Shown: piece after piece, positions 38,483 to 38,859 of the stretch
Numbering within the stretch: the first letter of the stretch is position 1
Layout: every line of letters starts with the position of its first letter
Assembly: GCA_964434475.1 (NCBI GenBank)
Contig: CAYSVS010000007.1
Coordinates: 1-38,859, forward strand
DNA length: 38,859 bases
Origin: an uncultured Methanosarcinales archaeon
GTDB lineage: Archaea; Nanobdellota; Nanobdellia; Woesearchaeales; CAYSVS01
Reading direction: 5' to 3'
Position numbers and translations under genes: made by a program
The notes under the pieces: generated by a model
What the model was told of the DNA's origin: nothing
What the model saw: only the letters and a program-made list of their open reading frames with translations
Database searches by the model: none

Positions 38483-38755
38483 GGAAAGGCACGCCAGAAG
38501 GTGGATACAAAAGATATACACTGGCAACCCTAAGCTTTCCTCCACTCCGCTACCCTTAAAGCACCAACACTCTAAATTAAGGCTGCTTCATTCCTGATCT
38601 GACCTGATTCTCTAAAATATCGGTCAATAAGGACAGAGCTTCAATGTACGACTCAAGACCAATGTTTATCTCCTATACCGCTCTTCCGGCTTTCCTCCAT
38701 CATATAGCCCATTTATGGTTACAGGCAGGGGCTAACTACCCAGCTACACCTTTCC
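38483..38755 (-). ncRNA. ffs: Signal recognition particle RNA (large, with Alu domain)
   Basis: Minus strand has helix 8 GGTCAGATCAGGAATGAAGCAGCC (SRP54 site, GGAA loop), Alu TGTAA motif with complementary loops TAGCCC/GGGCTA, and terminal helix GGAAAGGTGT/GTGCCTTTCC. Confidence 0.92.
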
Positions 38756-38859
38756 AAGCAAGTTAAAATTCGACTCATTTTTAAATGTTTTTGTTTTTCT
38801 ACAGTATTGTGAAATTCGATAATTCTGCAAAATTTATTTGATCAAGTTGGTTTATAAAT

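Noticed and set aside
227..38545. Numerous 60-205 aa antisense ORFs rich in F/S/L/I
   Set aside because: Shadows of A-rich coding strands, with no motifs
1..38859. Alternative genetic code (TGA readthrough)
   Set aside because: TGA ends conserved genes at the expected positions (rps4, rpl18e, rpl13, rps9, gyrA)

Overview
AT-rich archaeal chromosome segment. The gene content and protein style point to a DPANN (Woesearchaeota-like) organism, which is an inference. It is mostly housekeeping: PCNA, RNase J, ScpB, GyrA, Sec61beta, NAC, MinD, the S13-S4-S11-RpoD-L18e-L13-S9-RpoN operon and LeuS. RNA genes read directly from the sequence are tRNA-Leu(GAG), intron-containing tRNA-Leu(CAA) and tRNA-His(GTG), RNase P RNA and SRP RNA. 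The left part has accessory secreted and surface proteins and bacterial-type genes (queA, queH, purB, a purO-like gene). The most interesting signals are: (1) a ~120-nt structured leader with mutually exclusive folds upstream of rps13; (2) queuosine-pathway genes in an archaeon; (3) an SRP RNA with an Alu domain but no room for helix 6; (4) an RNase P RNA with a reduced P15 region and an expanded P12; (5) a 27-bp duplication of a tRNA 3' end; (6) two uncharacterised paralogous gene modules. No CRISPR array, transposase or integrase was seen.
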